A DNA stretch of 43,235 nt from a virus. Lineage: Duplodnaviria; Caudoviricetes. The first letter of the stretch is position 1. Each line of letters opens with the position of its first letter. The translations under genes were made by a program, and so were the position numbers. The stretch spans positions 1-43,235 of IMG/VR virus record IMGVR_UViG_3300048670_000918; one strand, given 5' to 3'. Below are positions 9,999 to 19,433 of this stretch, in pieces. Below the pieces are notes generated by a model that was not told the origin of the DNA, did not search any database, and saw only the letters and a list, made by a program, of their open reading frames with translations.

Positions 9999-10295
9999 AT
10001 GCAGCACATTCAACATCGTCGCCTTACCACTCGACTTAAAGCGCCAATTGTCACCATTCAAGAAAGCAGGCAAGTAATTGGAGAAAGGATGAGAGAGGCT
10101 CGTCTAAACTGTGGTTTGTCACAAGAAAGCATTGCAGAAATGCTGCACTGTGATCAAACTACCATCTCACGAATGGAACGTGGACAAATCTCCCCTGACT
10201 GCGCTCAAATTCGTATTCTTAGCTCTATTTTTCAGCTTTCTATTTTGTACCTCCTCGGTTATCCTACGTTTGTGGTTTCCGCAGTAGATAATTAG
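9999..10295 (+). CDS. XRE-family HTH regulator
   Basis: IGERMREARLNCGLSQESIAEMLHCDQTTISRMERG is a canonical HTH_3 pattern. Confidence 0.88.
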   Translation: MQHIQHRRLTTRLKAPIVTIQESRQVIGERMREARLNCGLSQESIAEMLHCDQTTISRMERGQISPDCAQIRILSSIFQLSILYLLGYPTFVVSAVDN

Positions 10296-10600
10296 TCGTC
10301 ATCGCATTCACTACGAATTTCAGCAAGTTGATCCTCAAGATTATCCATAATATATGCCTTTGCCATTGCTTCAATTTCAAAGGTTAGAAATTTAGTGGGC
10401 TCAAAATATTCATGAGGCTTGTCGTAATGACTTACGACAAAGATGTGTGTTTCGTCGAGGCGGCCATTCTTGAAGTGCTGCTCTTCAACTAAGCGCCACT
10501 GTGAAGTATCGCGATGCTCATTCGCGGAAAGGATAGCCAGCGCTTTCATCACGCCAATGCCTTCCTCTTCTTCTTCAATTACGCGGACGTATTCACTCAT
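10292..10600 (-). CDS. Hypothetical acidic protein
   Basis: 102 aa ORF with natural protein composition. Confidence 0.7.
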   Translation of the reverse strand: MSEYVRVIEEEEEGIGVMKALAILSANEHRDTSQWRLVEEQHFKNGRLDETHIFVVSHYDKPHEYFEPTKFLTFEIEAMAKAYIMDNLEDQLAEIRSECDDD

Positions 10601-10657
10601 CAGTCTTTAGCGCTTTCGATTATTTTAGCCGTGCCACTCGTCCGTGACACGCCCGTA

Positions 10658-11236
10658 TTACCTCGTCACCGCAAACACTAAGTCATCGTAACGACCCTTC
10701 ACGCCACGCAAATCAATGGTTTCAAAGGTGAAGTCTTCTGGGACTTGCTGCTCTAGGGCGCCAAACCAATCAGTGCTTTGCACGTCTTCAATTACTGCCA
10801 TGCCGCCTTCGGCAAGCAATGGGAGGTACAAGGAAAGGAATTTGCATTGACTTTCCAGGGTGTGAGGGCCATCGTCAACAATAAAATCAATACCTTTAGG
10901 GGCTAGCTTTTGTACTTTTGCGGCAGCCTCTTCGGTGTAAGCATCTTCAAAAATAAGCTGGGAACGCTTCAAGTCAAGATGCTCGCGAATCTTGGGGTGG
11001 ATGGCGTCAACGTTATCCAAGTAGATAAAGCTTGCTCTGGGCAGATAATCTTGCCATAGCAGCATTGAGCCACCGTATTGAATGCCAACTTCTGCAATGA
11101 TTGCAGGCTTGTCAATCAATGGCGAAAGAAATTGTTCATACATTTCAATGTACGAATGGAAAGTGTCCTTGTCCGTGCCACCATCCTTTTCGTGACCATT
11201 GATGTCGTAATGGGCAATAATTTCTCGGAGATTCAT
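10658..11236 (-). CDS. Class I SAM-dependent (sugar O-)methyltransferase
   Basis: GTDK...HSY, EVGIQYGGS, DFIVDDGPH, GG..VIED motifs; start ATG 11236 overlaps the upstream stop. Confidence 0.85.
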   Translation of the reverse strand: MNLREIIAHYDINGHEKDGGTDKDTFHSYIEMYEQFLSPLIDKPAIIAEVGIQYGGSMLLWQDYLPRASFIYLDNVDAIHPKIREHLDLKRSQLIFEDAYTEEAAAKVQKLAPKGIDFIVDDGPHTLESQCKFLSLYLPLLAEGGMAVIEDVQSTDWFGALEQQVPEDFTFETIDLRGVKGRYDDLVFAVTR

Positions 11237-11853
11237 GACTTGAAATAAGAAGGACAGTAACTGGAGGAGGGGCAGGCTTGATTGTAATGGTCTAAATTCG
11301 TTTCGTACATGTTGGCGACTGTGCTTGGTATCGAACCAATCCAAAACTCTTGACTCATTCGATCATGGTCATTAAGGAAACCAGGGTCCAGTTTCTGTAA
11401 AAATGAAGCATTAGCCCACCAATAATTACCAGATGAATGAGGCACTGGATAGGTTCTCCAGTTCACTCCCACCACGTCATGAGTATCAAGAAGTGCCACT
11501 GCTTCTCGCCACTTCACCAAAATGAAGTGTTGCATCATCATGCGCCAATCATCTTGATTTTTCGTGGGATGCGAAATGCCTTTGCTATGGAAATAAAGAA
11601 TTTGCGAATCAGGAAATTCTTCCGCGTATTGCTTGGCTAGCAACAAGGACGGCTTCTCAGAAAAGCCCTCTGCTCTGTAAATTGTTTCATGGCCAATTAC
11701 TGGCACTGGAGATTGCCCATTAACTGAAATAGTTAAGCGAGCGTTGTCCATCAATCCACTCATGAAGAGCAGTCCCATTTGCTCGCTAAACAATTGCTCC
11801 CAGTCATGAGCCTGGTACAAATGATAGACAATAATTAGCTTCTCATTTGTCAT
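11233..11853 (-). CDS. Putative glycosyltransferase-like protein
   Basis: LYFHSKG...W...HSSGNYWWA...EFWI pattern seen in viral glycosylation clusters; context. Confidence 0.55.
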   Translation of the reverse strand: MTNEKLIIVYHLYQAHDWEQLFSEQMGLLFMSGLMDNARLTISVNGQSPVPVIGHETIYRAEGFSEKPSLLLAKQYAEEFPDSQILYFHSKGISHPTKNQDDWRMMMQHFILVKWREAVALLDTHDVVGVNWRTYPVPHSSGNYWWANASFLQKLDPGFLNDHDRMSQEFWIGSIPSTVANMYETNLDHYNQACPSSSYCPSYFKS

Positions 11854-13007
11854 TCGTGAATAGGCAACAATGTCATAATACGACCATTGAACTCTTTGCG
11901 CAAAGAGGCTTCAATGTGACTTGCAAAGTTATGAGCAAGAATAATCACTGTATCGTAATTTTTCAATGCGCTTCTATCAACCACTTGAAAGCCAGTTCCT
12001 GGAACATAAAGCCCTTGCTTCTCAACGGTGTCATCAATTACCACTGTTTCTCCCATCGTATTAACATTTAAGCCAAGGGCATTAAGGAAGACGCATCCTT
12101 TTGCGGCGGCGCCAAAAAAACAAATTTTTCCCAGTTCACCAGTAGAGAGGATATTGTCAAAGTCACTGCGCAATTTCGCTATTGTTTGATCAAAATTACA
12201 CGAATCAACAGCTTTTTGCTCTTTTTCTTTAATGGAAGATAAGTCCAATGCTGGCGCACCAGTTTCTTTGTTTGTCATCCAAAGTCGCATGGTGCCACCA
12301 TGAATAGACTGAGGAAGAAGTGCAATAATCCTTAGCCCATACTGCTTAAACAATTCTTCCAATGGAGCAAGAAGCCAATAGTAATAATGCTCGTGGTAAA
12401 ACTGATCAAATTGTCCCGTAGTAATAGTTTCTAATGTATAGGGAAATTCCAGCACCCACACTCCATCCAAGAATTTAACGATGCCTCGCATGAAGGCATG
12501 AACGTCTTTGGTGTGTTGAAACACATTAGTTGAAACAATTAGATTAGCCTTTGGCAAATCCATAGTCTCATTAAATTGACCACATACAAATTCATTCCCA
12601 GCCAACTCATTTACCTCTCGCAAGTTATGCCCCATATCCACGTTGATAAAACGACTGGGCTTGGTCCCGCTCCACCACTCATGCTCTATTGATGCACTGC
12701 GAAAGGCATTTAGCAATGTTCCGTCATTGCCGCCAACGTCAATAACAGTAGACAAATTGAGATGAGAAAGACTTTTGTATAGCTGTTTGCAATGGTCAAT
12801 ATATGGCTGGCTTACTCCGCTTCGGTAAAGATAGTGCTTGTAAAGAATTTCTGGATCAACCGCATAATCCAGGTGAATCGTCAAGTTTTCTTCAACAATA
12901 GCTTTTAGTGGAAACTGTTCTGCCTCCATCGCTTCCTGCCTACTATTGCACAAATTGTTCACTAGCGGCTGAGTGCCCAAATCAAGGATAGTTTTGATCA
13001 TTGTCAA
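11850..13007 (-). CDS. NDP-sugar C-methyltransferase
   Basis: LDLGTQPLVN, YLYRSG, DVGGNDGTLL, FDQFYHEH, IHGGTMR, GAAAKG, KQGLYVPGT, ILAHNF motifs. Confidence 0.9.
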   Translation of the reverse strand: MTMIKTILDLGTQPLVNNLCNSRQEAMEAEQFPLKAIVEENLTIHLDYAVDPEILYKHYLYRSGVSQPYIDHCKQLYKSLSHLNLSTVIDVGGNDGTLLNAFRSASIEHEWWSGTKPSRFINVDMGHNLREVNELAGNEFVCGQFNETMDLPKANLIVSTNVFQHTKDVHAFMRGIVKFLDGVWVLEFPYTLETITTGQFDQFYHEHYYYWLLAPLEELFKQYGLRIIALLPQSIHGGTMRLWMTNKETGAPALDLSSIKEKEQKAVDSCNFDQTIAKLRSDFDNILSTGELGKICFFGAAAKGCVFLNALGLNVNTMGETVVIDDTVEKQGLYVPGTGFQVVDRSALKNYDTVIILAHNFASHIEASLRKEFNGRIMTLLPIHE

Positions 13008-13717
13008 TTAATAAAGCCCAAGTGGGCACAGCTCATTGGCATGTTACCAAAGAATTTGTCCTTGTACAGAACAATGCCAGAAAGCAAGCGCTCACTGAGA
13101 AAGGCCATGGCGCGTTGGTCGTACCCTTCTAGAGCCATAATCTGCTCCTTATAGGCGTCCCACACGGGCCACAGGCAGTCGAACAAGACCTTCATAACTC
13201 GTTCGTAGGAGGCTCTAGGACCAAACAGCATCGGGCCTCCCTGGAATTGGTTCTGATTCCAAATGGCAGCCATCTCTGATGCAGTAAACGGCAGTTTTCC
13301 TTTTACTGCCAGTTCCATTGTCATTTCGATGCCAGGAAATGAATGGCCCCCTCTAAACTGCTGAGCAAGAGAGCAGCCAAAGATGCAAGGCTCAGAAGTG
13401 TACAGCACTGAACTGTCTGCTTTCGCAATGGCATCTTCGTCCCAGTAGCGCCTGTATTGACAGTTGCCAATCAATGGAGATGCAGTGTTCCTTAGCAGCC
13501 AATAAACAGCCGTTAGTTCTCCCCACCATGGATTCAAGGCGGAAATGTTGTCGCCAGAATCATCTAAAAGTTTTTGGTCGCCAATGCAAATAGCTTTTTC
13601 ATCCTCTGTAAGTTGACAAGCATTTGCAACAATAATTTGCAAATTAGTATCAGATGAAAAACGTGGCGGTGTGTTGTGCATGCACACCGCAAACATCGAC
13701 AAGTCAGACGGCTGCAT
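13004..13717 (-). CDS. DUF4422-like glycosyltransferase
   Basis: GDNISALNPWWGELTAVYW...IGNCQYRRY...R..AFLSERL motifs. Confidence 0.75.
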   Translation of the reverse strand: MQPSDLSMFAVCMHNTPPRFSSDTNLQIIVANACQLTEDEKAICIGDQKLLDDSGDNISALNPWWGELTAVYWLLRNTASPLIGNCQYRRYWDEDAIAKADSSVLYTSEPCIFGCSLAQQFRGGHSFPGIEMTMELAVKGKLPFTASEMAAIWNQNQFQGGPMLFGPRASYERVMKVLFDCLWPVWDAYKEQIMALEGYDQRAMAFLSERLLSGIVLYKDKFFGNMPMSCAHLGFIN

Positions 13718-14420
13718 AAATCCTTCTTTGAGCCCAAAGCTCGTTGTAGTTGTTCACTCCCTTAGCGCCCACCCCAGTAAGATCACCACCACCTGACGGC
13801 TTACTCCATGCCATGATCGTGCCATCGGGCAGGACAAAAGCTCGGTTCTTCTGCTCATGGGTGGGTGTCAGTTCTAGATAGTCGCCGTAGACAAAATTGG
13901 CATTGCCACCATTTGCAGCAAGAGCTGCCCCTAGTAATGTTGGGCCAGTGGGGCACAATGGAGTGATTCCGTAGTATTGTTCGTGACAGTTGTTGACAAT
14001 CATTTCAATGGCAGTAGTCAGTGCTATGTTGTCGGGCTTTGAATAAAGAACAGTGGTTGCGCAGGCCCAAGTGGTGTAACTAAATCGTTGAATATCGCGG
14101 AAAGCCAAAAATTCAATACGATCTCCCACTTCCACTGGATTTACCATTCTCACGGCAATGTCCAGATACCAGCCGCCTAGTTTATTTAAGAGGCAAAAGC
14201 GGCCAAGATCAGCTTTGTAGGAATAAGGGCATAAAGAGTCATAAGTCCAAAGGACATCAGGCTCATAATTGTCTGCAATAAATTGGCGCAAACTTTCCTT
14301 GTTGTAAATAGTGTGATTGTCGTTAGGAAAGGCATTCTTAACAGTGCCTGTTGCGTAATCAAGGAATGGAGATAGACCTTGGTCCTTACTGTCAGAAAGA
14401 TAGATTTGAGAGATGTTCAT
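13704..14420 (-). CDS. Glycosyltransferase, GT32-like (DxD-type)
   Basis: YKADLGRFCLLNKLGGWYLDI and TGP.LLG motifs. Confidence 0.85.
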   Translation of the reverse strand: MNISQIYLSDSKDQGLSPFLDYATGTVKNAFPNDNHTIYNKESLRQFIADNYEPDVLWTYDSLCPYSYKADLGRFCLLNKLGGWYLDIAVRMVNPVEVGDRIEFLAFRDIQRFSYTTWACATTVLYSKPDNIALTTAIEMIVNNCHEQYYGITPLCPTGPTLLGAALAANGGNANFVYGDYLELTPTHEQKNRAFVLPDGTIMAWSKPSGGGDLTGVGAKGVNNYNELWAQRRIYAAV

Positions 14421-14422
14421 GA

Positions 14423-15643
14423 TTAGTTAATGCGGGCGGGGGTTCCAAAGCCTTTGAAATTGTCCTGAGGGCTACTATTTAGAGTCTCTTCAATAATTTT
14501 GACCATTTGTTTTTGCACATAAGGCCAAGTGAATTGCTCTTCATGCACACGGGAATAACACCAGTCCCCTGCCTCTTGCAGGCCCTTCCGGTCTTTGTAA
14601 TAGCCATCCAAAATGGAAGCAAGATCACTAGGCGAAGGCTGTCCTCTTTCCAGTCCATAGTTCCTATCTGTTTCCCAGCTCTCAATCAGAATACGACGAG
14701 TGCCATTGAAAATTTCTTTCAGGCTTGTATGGTCTGGCACCACTTGTGCCACGCCTGCGGCGGCGTGCTCTGTATTAACAAGGCCCCAACCCTCGCCCAA
14801 GCAAGTGTTAACGCCTACGTCAACAGCGTTATAAACTTGATTAAGCTGTTCAATGGAAAGGCAATTCTGGGTGCCAAAATCTGGGCTACTAAGAATCAAC
14901 TTGCCAGTGGCGTCATAGTCATAGTCTCGTGCCACCCTTTTAAAAAGTGGAACGATGTCCCAGCCCATATCTTTTTGACCCATGTTGAGCCAAAGGCGAG
15001 CATCAGGCTTATCTAGGGCAAATTCAATAAAGCCTTTAATCGTTAGGTCAATTCGCTTGCGCGGTTGATTTCTGTTGCCATTGAACACAATGAAAAGGTC
15101 TTGTGGGACGCCAAGCAAATCTCGCGCCTGAGCTTTGTCCATTGGGAAAAACTTAGAAAAGTCCGTTCCATGTCCCACCACATGAACAGGCTTGTCGTAG
15201 TCAATCTTTTGAATCTCTTCCTTCGCAAATTGCGTATAAGTGATTAGGGCATCCCACTCATTGATAGCATTGATAAGTTCAGGGAATAGTCCGTAGGAAT
15301 CAATGGGAGTGTAAGTGATCCACTTGAACCCTGTGCTTTGCTTCAACTCCTTGATCGTGTCAAAAAGGTTGATAGCCACCCAAATGTCATTAATTGCAAA
15401 AACAAGGTCGGGCTGGATTTGCCCAATTAGATCCCTCAGTCGATGAGAACCGAAGGGATCGCCGCCATAAGCCATGGCAGGATACATTCTGCAGTATTGT
15501 TGCATTTCACTGGGATCACCGTGCCAGTTGGTACACATGGCATGCACTTCATGCTCTTTTGCCAGTGCAGGAATGAGATATTCGGCCACTCGGCCAAAGC
15601 CGGTTTGAACGCCTACGTCTCCGCAGTAAAGAATTTTTGCCAC
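14423..15643 (-). CDS. Glycosyltransferase family 4 (GT-B)
   Basis: TGFGRV, NRNQPRKRID and YNAVDVGVNTCLGEGWGLVNTEHAA motifs. Confidence 0.9.
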   Translation of the reverse strand: MAKILYCGDVGVQTGFGRVAEYLIPALAKEHEVHAMCTNWHGDPSEMQQYCRMYPAMAYGGDPFGSHRLRDLIGQIQPDLVFAINDIWVAINLFDTIKELKQSTGFKWITYTPIDSYGLFPELINAINEWDALITYTQFAKEEIQKIDYDKPVHVVGHGTDFSKFFPMDKAQARDLLGVPQDLFIVFNGNRNQPRKRIDLTIKGFIEFALDKPDARLWLNMGQKDMGWDIVPLFKRVARDYDYDATGKLILSSPDFGTQNCLSIEQLNQVYNAVDVGVNTCLGEGWGLVNTEHAAAGVAQVVPDHTSLKEIFNGTRRILIESWETDRNYGLERGQPSPSDLASILDGYYKDRKGLQEAGDWCYSRVHEEQFTWPYVQKQMVKIIEETLNSSPQDNFKGFGTPARIN

Positions 15644-15679
15644 AAGAAGAATGAATCTTGTTTGATAATAGTGGCAAAA

Positions 15680-16357
15680 TTACACAGGGACAGTCGGCGC
15701 TTGCTGTCTAAAATATTTAACGGTGCATTTGCATCGTGCGCCACATGCACAGCGCACACCAGGCATAGGAACGCTGCCAATAGGCACCATTCCACGCGCT
15801 GCATAGCCGATGCAATCTTGGCAATGCACTGCTTGAGCATCCAAGATGCGGCGCATCAACGAAAATCCGCGTTGTTGTTCGCGCATTTCCGTGCCTTGCC
15901 AATAAGAACCCCGCACGCTCTGAGCATAGAGGCCAATACGAGCAGTAGCCATAGGGGCAGAAATACGGCCATCCAAAAGGTCACGTACAAAACCTTGTAG
16001 ATAAGTGTATTCCGAACGGAGACGTTGGCCGATACGACCATATTCCGCGCTTCCCATCTCGGTCCTTCCGCCGTAGCCAATGGTCGCTGCTTGAATGTGC
16101 GCTGCTTTAATTGCTTCACGAATGCTTCCTTGCCATTGATCAAGCGTGATAGAACCATCTCCTAACATCCGCGTGAAACGCTTTAGCTGCGTTTCCAGCT
16201 TGTCAATGCGACCATCAACAAGCTTACCCACTGATGCTTTACTTAGGAAGCGGCCTTTCTCGTCACGATAACGTCCACTGCGACGGTCATAAGACCATTC
16301 AGCGTCCATCCTGATGGACATAATGGCGCTGCTGAACGAAGATAAGTCATTCAGCAT
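15680..16357 (-). CDS. Minor head morphogenesis protein (Mu gpF-like)
   Basis: C-terminal HCQDC...PG..C.C..RCKC motif; follows the portal gene. Confidence 0.75.
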   Translation of the reverse strand: MLNDLSSFSSAIMSIRMDAEWSYDRRSGRYRDEKGRFLSKASVGKLVDGRIDKLETQLKRFTRMLGDGSITLDQWQGSIREAIKAAHIQAATIGYGGRTEMGSAEYGRIGQRLRSEYTYLQGFVRDLLDGRISAPMATARIGLYAQSVRGSYWQGTEMREQQRGFSLMRRILDAQAVHCQDCIGYAARGMVPIGSVPMPGVRCACGARCKCTVKYFRQQAPTVPV

Positions 16358-18188
16358 TGTCAGCCTCTAGCAGCTCTTTGAACTGTGCTGGAGCCTCTTC
16401 CTTCCATTGCTTCATGGCATTGTCAATGTCCTCATCTGAAATAAATGCAGCTTCGTCAATGCCTGCAAGCATTAGCCCTTCCACTTTCATAGGCTCAATG
16501 GCGTCTTCCTTCTTGAAATATTCTGCAGTTGTTTTCTTGCCCTTAAATGCTCCTTCCATTGAACCGTGCTTGCTCTTGTACAACTGCTTGTATTTTTGCG
16601 TGACATAGGCTCCAGCGACGGCACTTGGCCACACCTTGAATTTGCTTTTGGCAGCGGCAATGGCTTGCTGATGAAGAGCTTTGTCTTTAAATTCCGCGTC
16701 TTCCTTTTCTTCCCCTTGTTTGTGCTCCAAGTCGCCTGGCAGATAAAGCGAAGCCGAGTCTGCCACTTCCCTAGTGCCATCCATGGGCAAAGTGCCATTC
16801 TCTTCATTCATTGGGTCGCGTCCACCAGGAGGCACTTCTTTCTGGCCAGGCGCCTGCGGTAGCTCACGAGGGAGCGATGGGTCAAGAGTGAGTTCCATTG
16901 ACCATTCAGAGCCGCCGTAACGCGCATCCGCCACTTCCTGCGGGTGCAGCACGCCAAGTTGGATGTAACGACCATCTACGGCTGCTACGCGGGCGCGTAC
17001 GTCTGCTTTCTCTCTTTCGTTTAGTTCAAACAAATCGTTGAATTTAATGCGCCACGACTCAGGAAGCCTTCCTTCAGTGGGACCATCTTTGCTAAGCATG
17101 ATCATCTTCATGAGCTGCTGCAGTGGACGCTTGTAATGGGAAGCCTGGTAGTCGCCTAGGTGTTTTGCAAAGTCACGCTCTTCACTGCGACCAGTGGAAC
17201 CAAGCCCTCCAGGGCTTTCGCCAAACAGAATGGTATGAGGAATTTGTGAAGCGCCAATAATATCAATGCGAAGCTTCTCCAGGATTTCACCTATACCTCC
17301 AAAGTTGCGACTAATAAACTCAAGCTCTTCTTTTTCAGCATCAATGGCATAGCCGCGATAAATGCTCTTGCTCATATCATTTAGCACCAAACGATCACGC
17401 ACGTCCTTCTCTTTGCCAGCAGCAAGCATGGAAGAAAGACCACGCAGCTTATGCACAAAGATGTCAAACTCCGTCAACAACGTCGCTGCAGAACTAATGC
17501 CAGTTGAATAGAAACGGAAACTGTCATAAGCACTTTGTAAAGTGCTCATTCCCCAGCCATAGTTCCTCTGCCTAATGCGATATGGGAGCCATTCGCCGTC
17601 AAACCTGAGGATTCTATCTTTATGGATGTACGTTAGTTGTGGTTGGCGAATGAGATCGCCAGAGATGATTTGATAATGCGTCGCCTTGGAATAATCGTAA
17701 AGTGAATCTTCGCTAATTACTGGGGCAATTTGCCAACGGTCCAACACTTCCATTCCTTCAACAGAACGAATGTTCCTGTAGTCCACTGGTTGATTAGCAG
17801 AACGACCATCGTCGATGTAAAGCAGAATCACAGCCCCGCCAAATAGTCGCGCATTCTTAGAAGCCAGGCCAAGGTTTTCAAGGATGTACAAATCCTCAAT
17901 AACTTGCTCCACACCACTCACTTCTTCTGCCGCTGCTCCTTCGCCACCAAACAGTACTTTGAATCCCTTTCGCGTGGACTGTTCGGCAACAATGTCTACG
18001 ATGCGCTTAGGAATCCACTCGCTATAAAGGTTTTCAAGTTCTTCTTGAGTGAGGAAGACGATGGGGGTGGCATTAGTGTATTGACTCTTGTCACGACGAG
18101 TGCCCATCCCCGTCAAGGCATTTACCAGCCCGTCCGCCCGCAAGCTTTCGTTGCCATTGTGTCCTAGATCCACCAGTTCTTCCGACAT
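16347..18188 (-). CDS. Portal protein (DUF1073-type) with C-terminal extension
   Basis: DGLVNALTGMG, ARLFGG, IHKDRILRF, IPHTILFGESPGGL motifs. Confidence 0.9.
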   Translation of the reverse strand: MSEELVDLGHNGNESLRADGLVNALTGMGTRRDKSQYTNATPIVFLTQEELENLYSEWIPKRIVDIVAEQSTRKGFKVLFGGEGAAAEEVSGVEQVIEDLYILENLGLASKNARLFGGAVILLYIDDGRSANQPVDYRNIRSVEGMEVLDRWQIAPVISEDSLYDYSKATHYQIISGDLIRQPQLTYIHKDRILRFDGEWLPYRIRQRNYGWGMSTLQSAYDSFRFYSTGISSAATLLTEFDIFVHKLRGLSSMLAAGKEKDVRDRLVLNDMSKSIYRGYAIDAEKEELEFISRNFGGIGEILEKLRIDIIGASQIPHTILFGESPGGLGSTGRSEERDFAKHLGDYQASHYKRPLQQLMKMIMLSKDGPTEGRLPESWRIKFNDLFELNEREKADVRARVAAVDGRYIQLGVLHPQEVADARYGGSEWSMELTLDPSLPRELPQAPGQKEVPPGGRDPMNEENGTLPMDGTREVADSASLYLPGDLEHKQGEEKEDAEFKDKALHQQAIAAAKSKFKVWPSAVAGAYVTQKYKQLYKSKHGSMEGAFKGKKTTAEYFKKEDAIEPMKVEGLMLAGIDEAAFISDEDIDNAMKQWKEEAPAQFKELLEADNAE

Positions 18189-18255
18189 TTTTTAGCTTAG
18201 TGTGCGTTGCATCTATGCTAGCAATGGCTAAGATGGGCTTGAACTTCTTTCCCTT

Positions 18256-18747
18256 ATGCCCACGCCTATTTCGTTTGTCTTTTCTGAGGAAGAAAAAAGC
18301 ATTGCAATGGCGGAAGGCATAAGACGACAGGGCGTAAATGAAGCCCAAGGTTTGCGTGGGCGTAATGGTGGTGCATGGAAGGGAAGCAAAGCTCTTGATA
18401 TTCACTTGCTTGGCGCTGCGGGTGAGATGGCCGTTGCCTCGCATCTAGGCATGAAAGATTTTCTGTACAAAGAGACGCAAGCCAAGAAAGGCTCTGATGA
18501 TCTGCCAGGAATAGATATCAAAACCAGAAGTAAACACTCTTACGATTTGATAGTGCAGCGCAACGAAAGTCCTGATAAAAAGTTTGTTCTTGTTACCATT
18601 CAAGATAAAACTACTCTCATCCATGGCTGGTGCCATGGAAGGGATGCAATGAAGGAAGAATTCTGGGCTGACCCTGCTCGTGGTCGCCCTGCGTATTTTT
18701 TCCCCAAAGAGAGGCTAAGATGTATGGACACTTTTGTTTGTACATGA
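18256..18747 (+). CDS. Hypothetical protein, possibly PD-(D/E)XK nuclease-like
   Basis: GAAGEMAV...DDL..IDIKT pattern. Confidence 0.6.
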   Translation: MPTPISFVFSEEEKSIAMAEGIRRQGVNEAQGLRGRNGGAWKGSKALDIHLLGAAGEMAVASHLGMKDFLYKETQAKKGSDDLPGIDIKTRSKHSYDLIVQRNESPDKKFVLVTIQDKTTLIHGWCHGRDAMKEEFWADPARGRPAYFFPKERLRCMDTFVCT

Positions 18748-19433
18748 AGAAAGATCCTCGCCGCTTTTACGTTTACGCCTACTTAAGGAGCAGCGAGTCA
18801 CAGCACGGCAAGAGAAATACTCCTTACTACATAGGAAAGGGATGCCGTGACAGGGCCACCTCCAAATGTCGGACCATTCCCAAACCGTCTGACGCCGCCT
18901 ACATTGTTTACGTGCAAGAGGGCCTAACAGAAAAAGAAGCATTCTCCTTGGAGAAATACTGTATTGCTCTTTACGGTCGCATTGACAACGAAACTGGCAT
19001 TTTGCGAAATCTAAGCGATGGAGGCGACGGGCCATCTGGCGCCATTCATTCGGAAGAAACCAGGCGGAAAAGAGCAGAAGCAGGTCGTGGTCGCAAGCAC
19101 AGCAAGGAATCTGCGTTAAAAATTTCAGAAGCTCAGTTGGGAGACAAAAATCATATGTGGGGAAAAATAGTGTCCGAAGAAACTCGGAGAAAGATGTCAA
19201 AGGCAAACAAAGGTCTTAAGAGATCTCAAGAAACCCGTGAAAGAATAGCAGCGGGAAAATGCCGTTATTCATGCGAATTAATTGACCCCGCAGGAGTAGT
19301 TCACACGGTCCAAAATTTATATCAATTTTCCTTGGAGCATGGGCTTCATCGGAAACTAATGCGTGATTTGGTCAATGGCAAGAGAAGCTCTTACAAGGGG
19401 TGGACTGTTCAAAAAGTTGAGTTTTTGCGGTAA
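18744..19433 (+). CDS. GIY-YIG/NUMOD3 free-standing homing endonuclease
   Basis: FYVYAY...YYIGKG..R, LRNLSDGG and repeated HSEETRRK (NUMOD3) motifs; ATGA overlap upstream and TAATG overlap with terL. Confidence 0.88.
   Translation: MKKDPRRFYVYAYLRSSESQHGKRNTPYYIGKGCRDRATSKCRTIPKPSDAAYIVYVQEGLTEKEAFSLEKYCIALYGRIDNETGILRNLSDGGDGPSGAIHSEETRRKRAEAGRGRKHSKESALKISEAQLGDKNHMWGKIVSEETRRKMSKANKGLKRSQETRERIAAGKCRYSCELIDPAGVVHTVQNLYQFSLEHGLHRKLMRDLVNGKRSSYKGWTVQKVEFLR

Noticed and set aside
16347-18188. Anti-CBASS Acb1 activity of the portal
   Set aside because: That label is often transferred to this family, but no 2H-phosphoesterase motif pair is evident in the extension.
18706-18747. Possible duplicated terL N-terminus (ERLRCMDTF vs ARLSCGDF)
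   Set aside because: Too short and weak at nucleotide level, unlike the clear nrdB case.
18744-19433. Group I intron around the GIY-YIG gene
   Set aside because: The ORF overlaps both neighbours with no room for a ribozyme core, and terL is intact from its own ATG.
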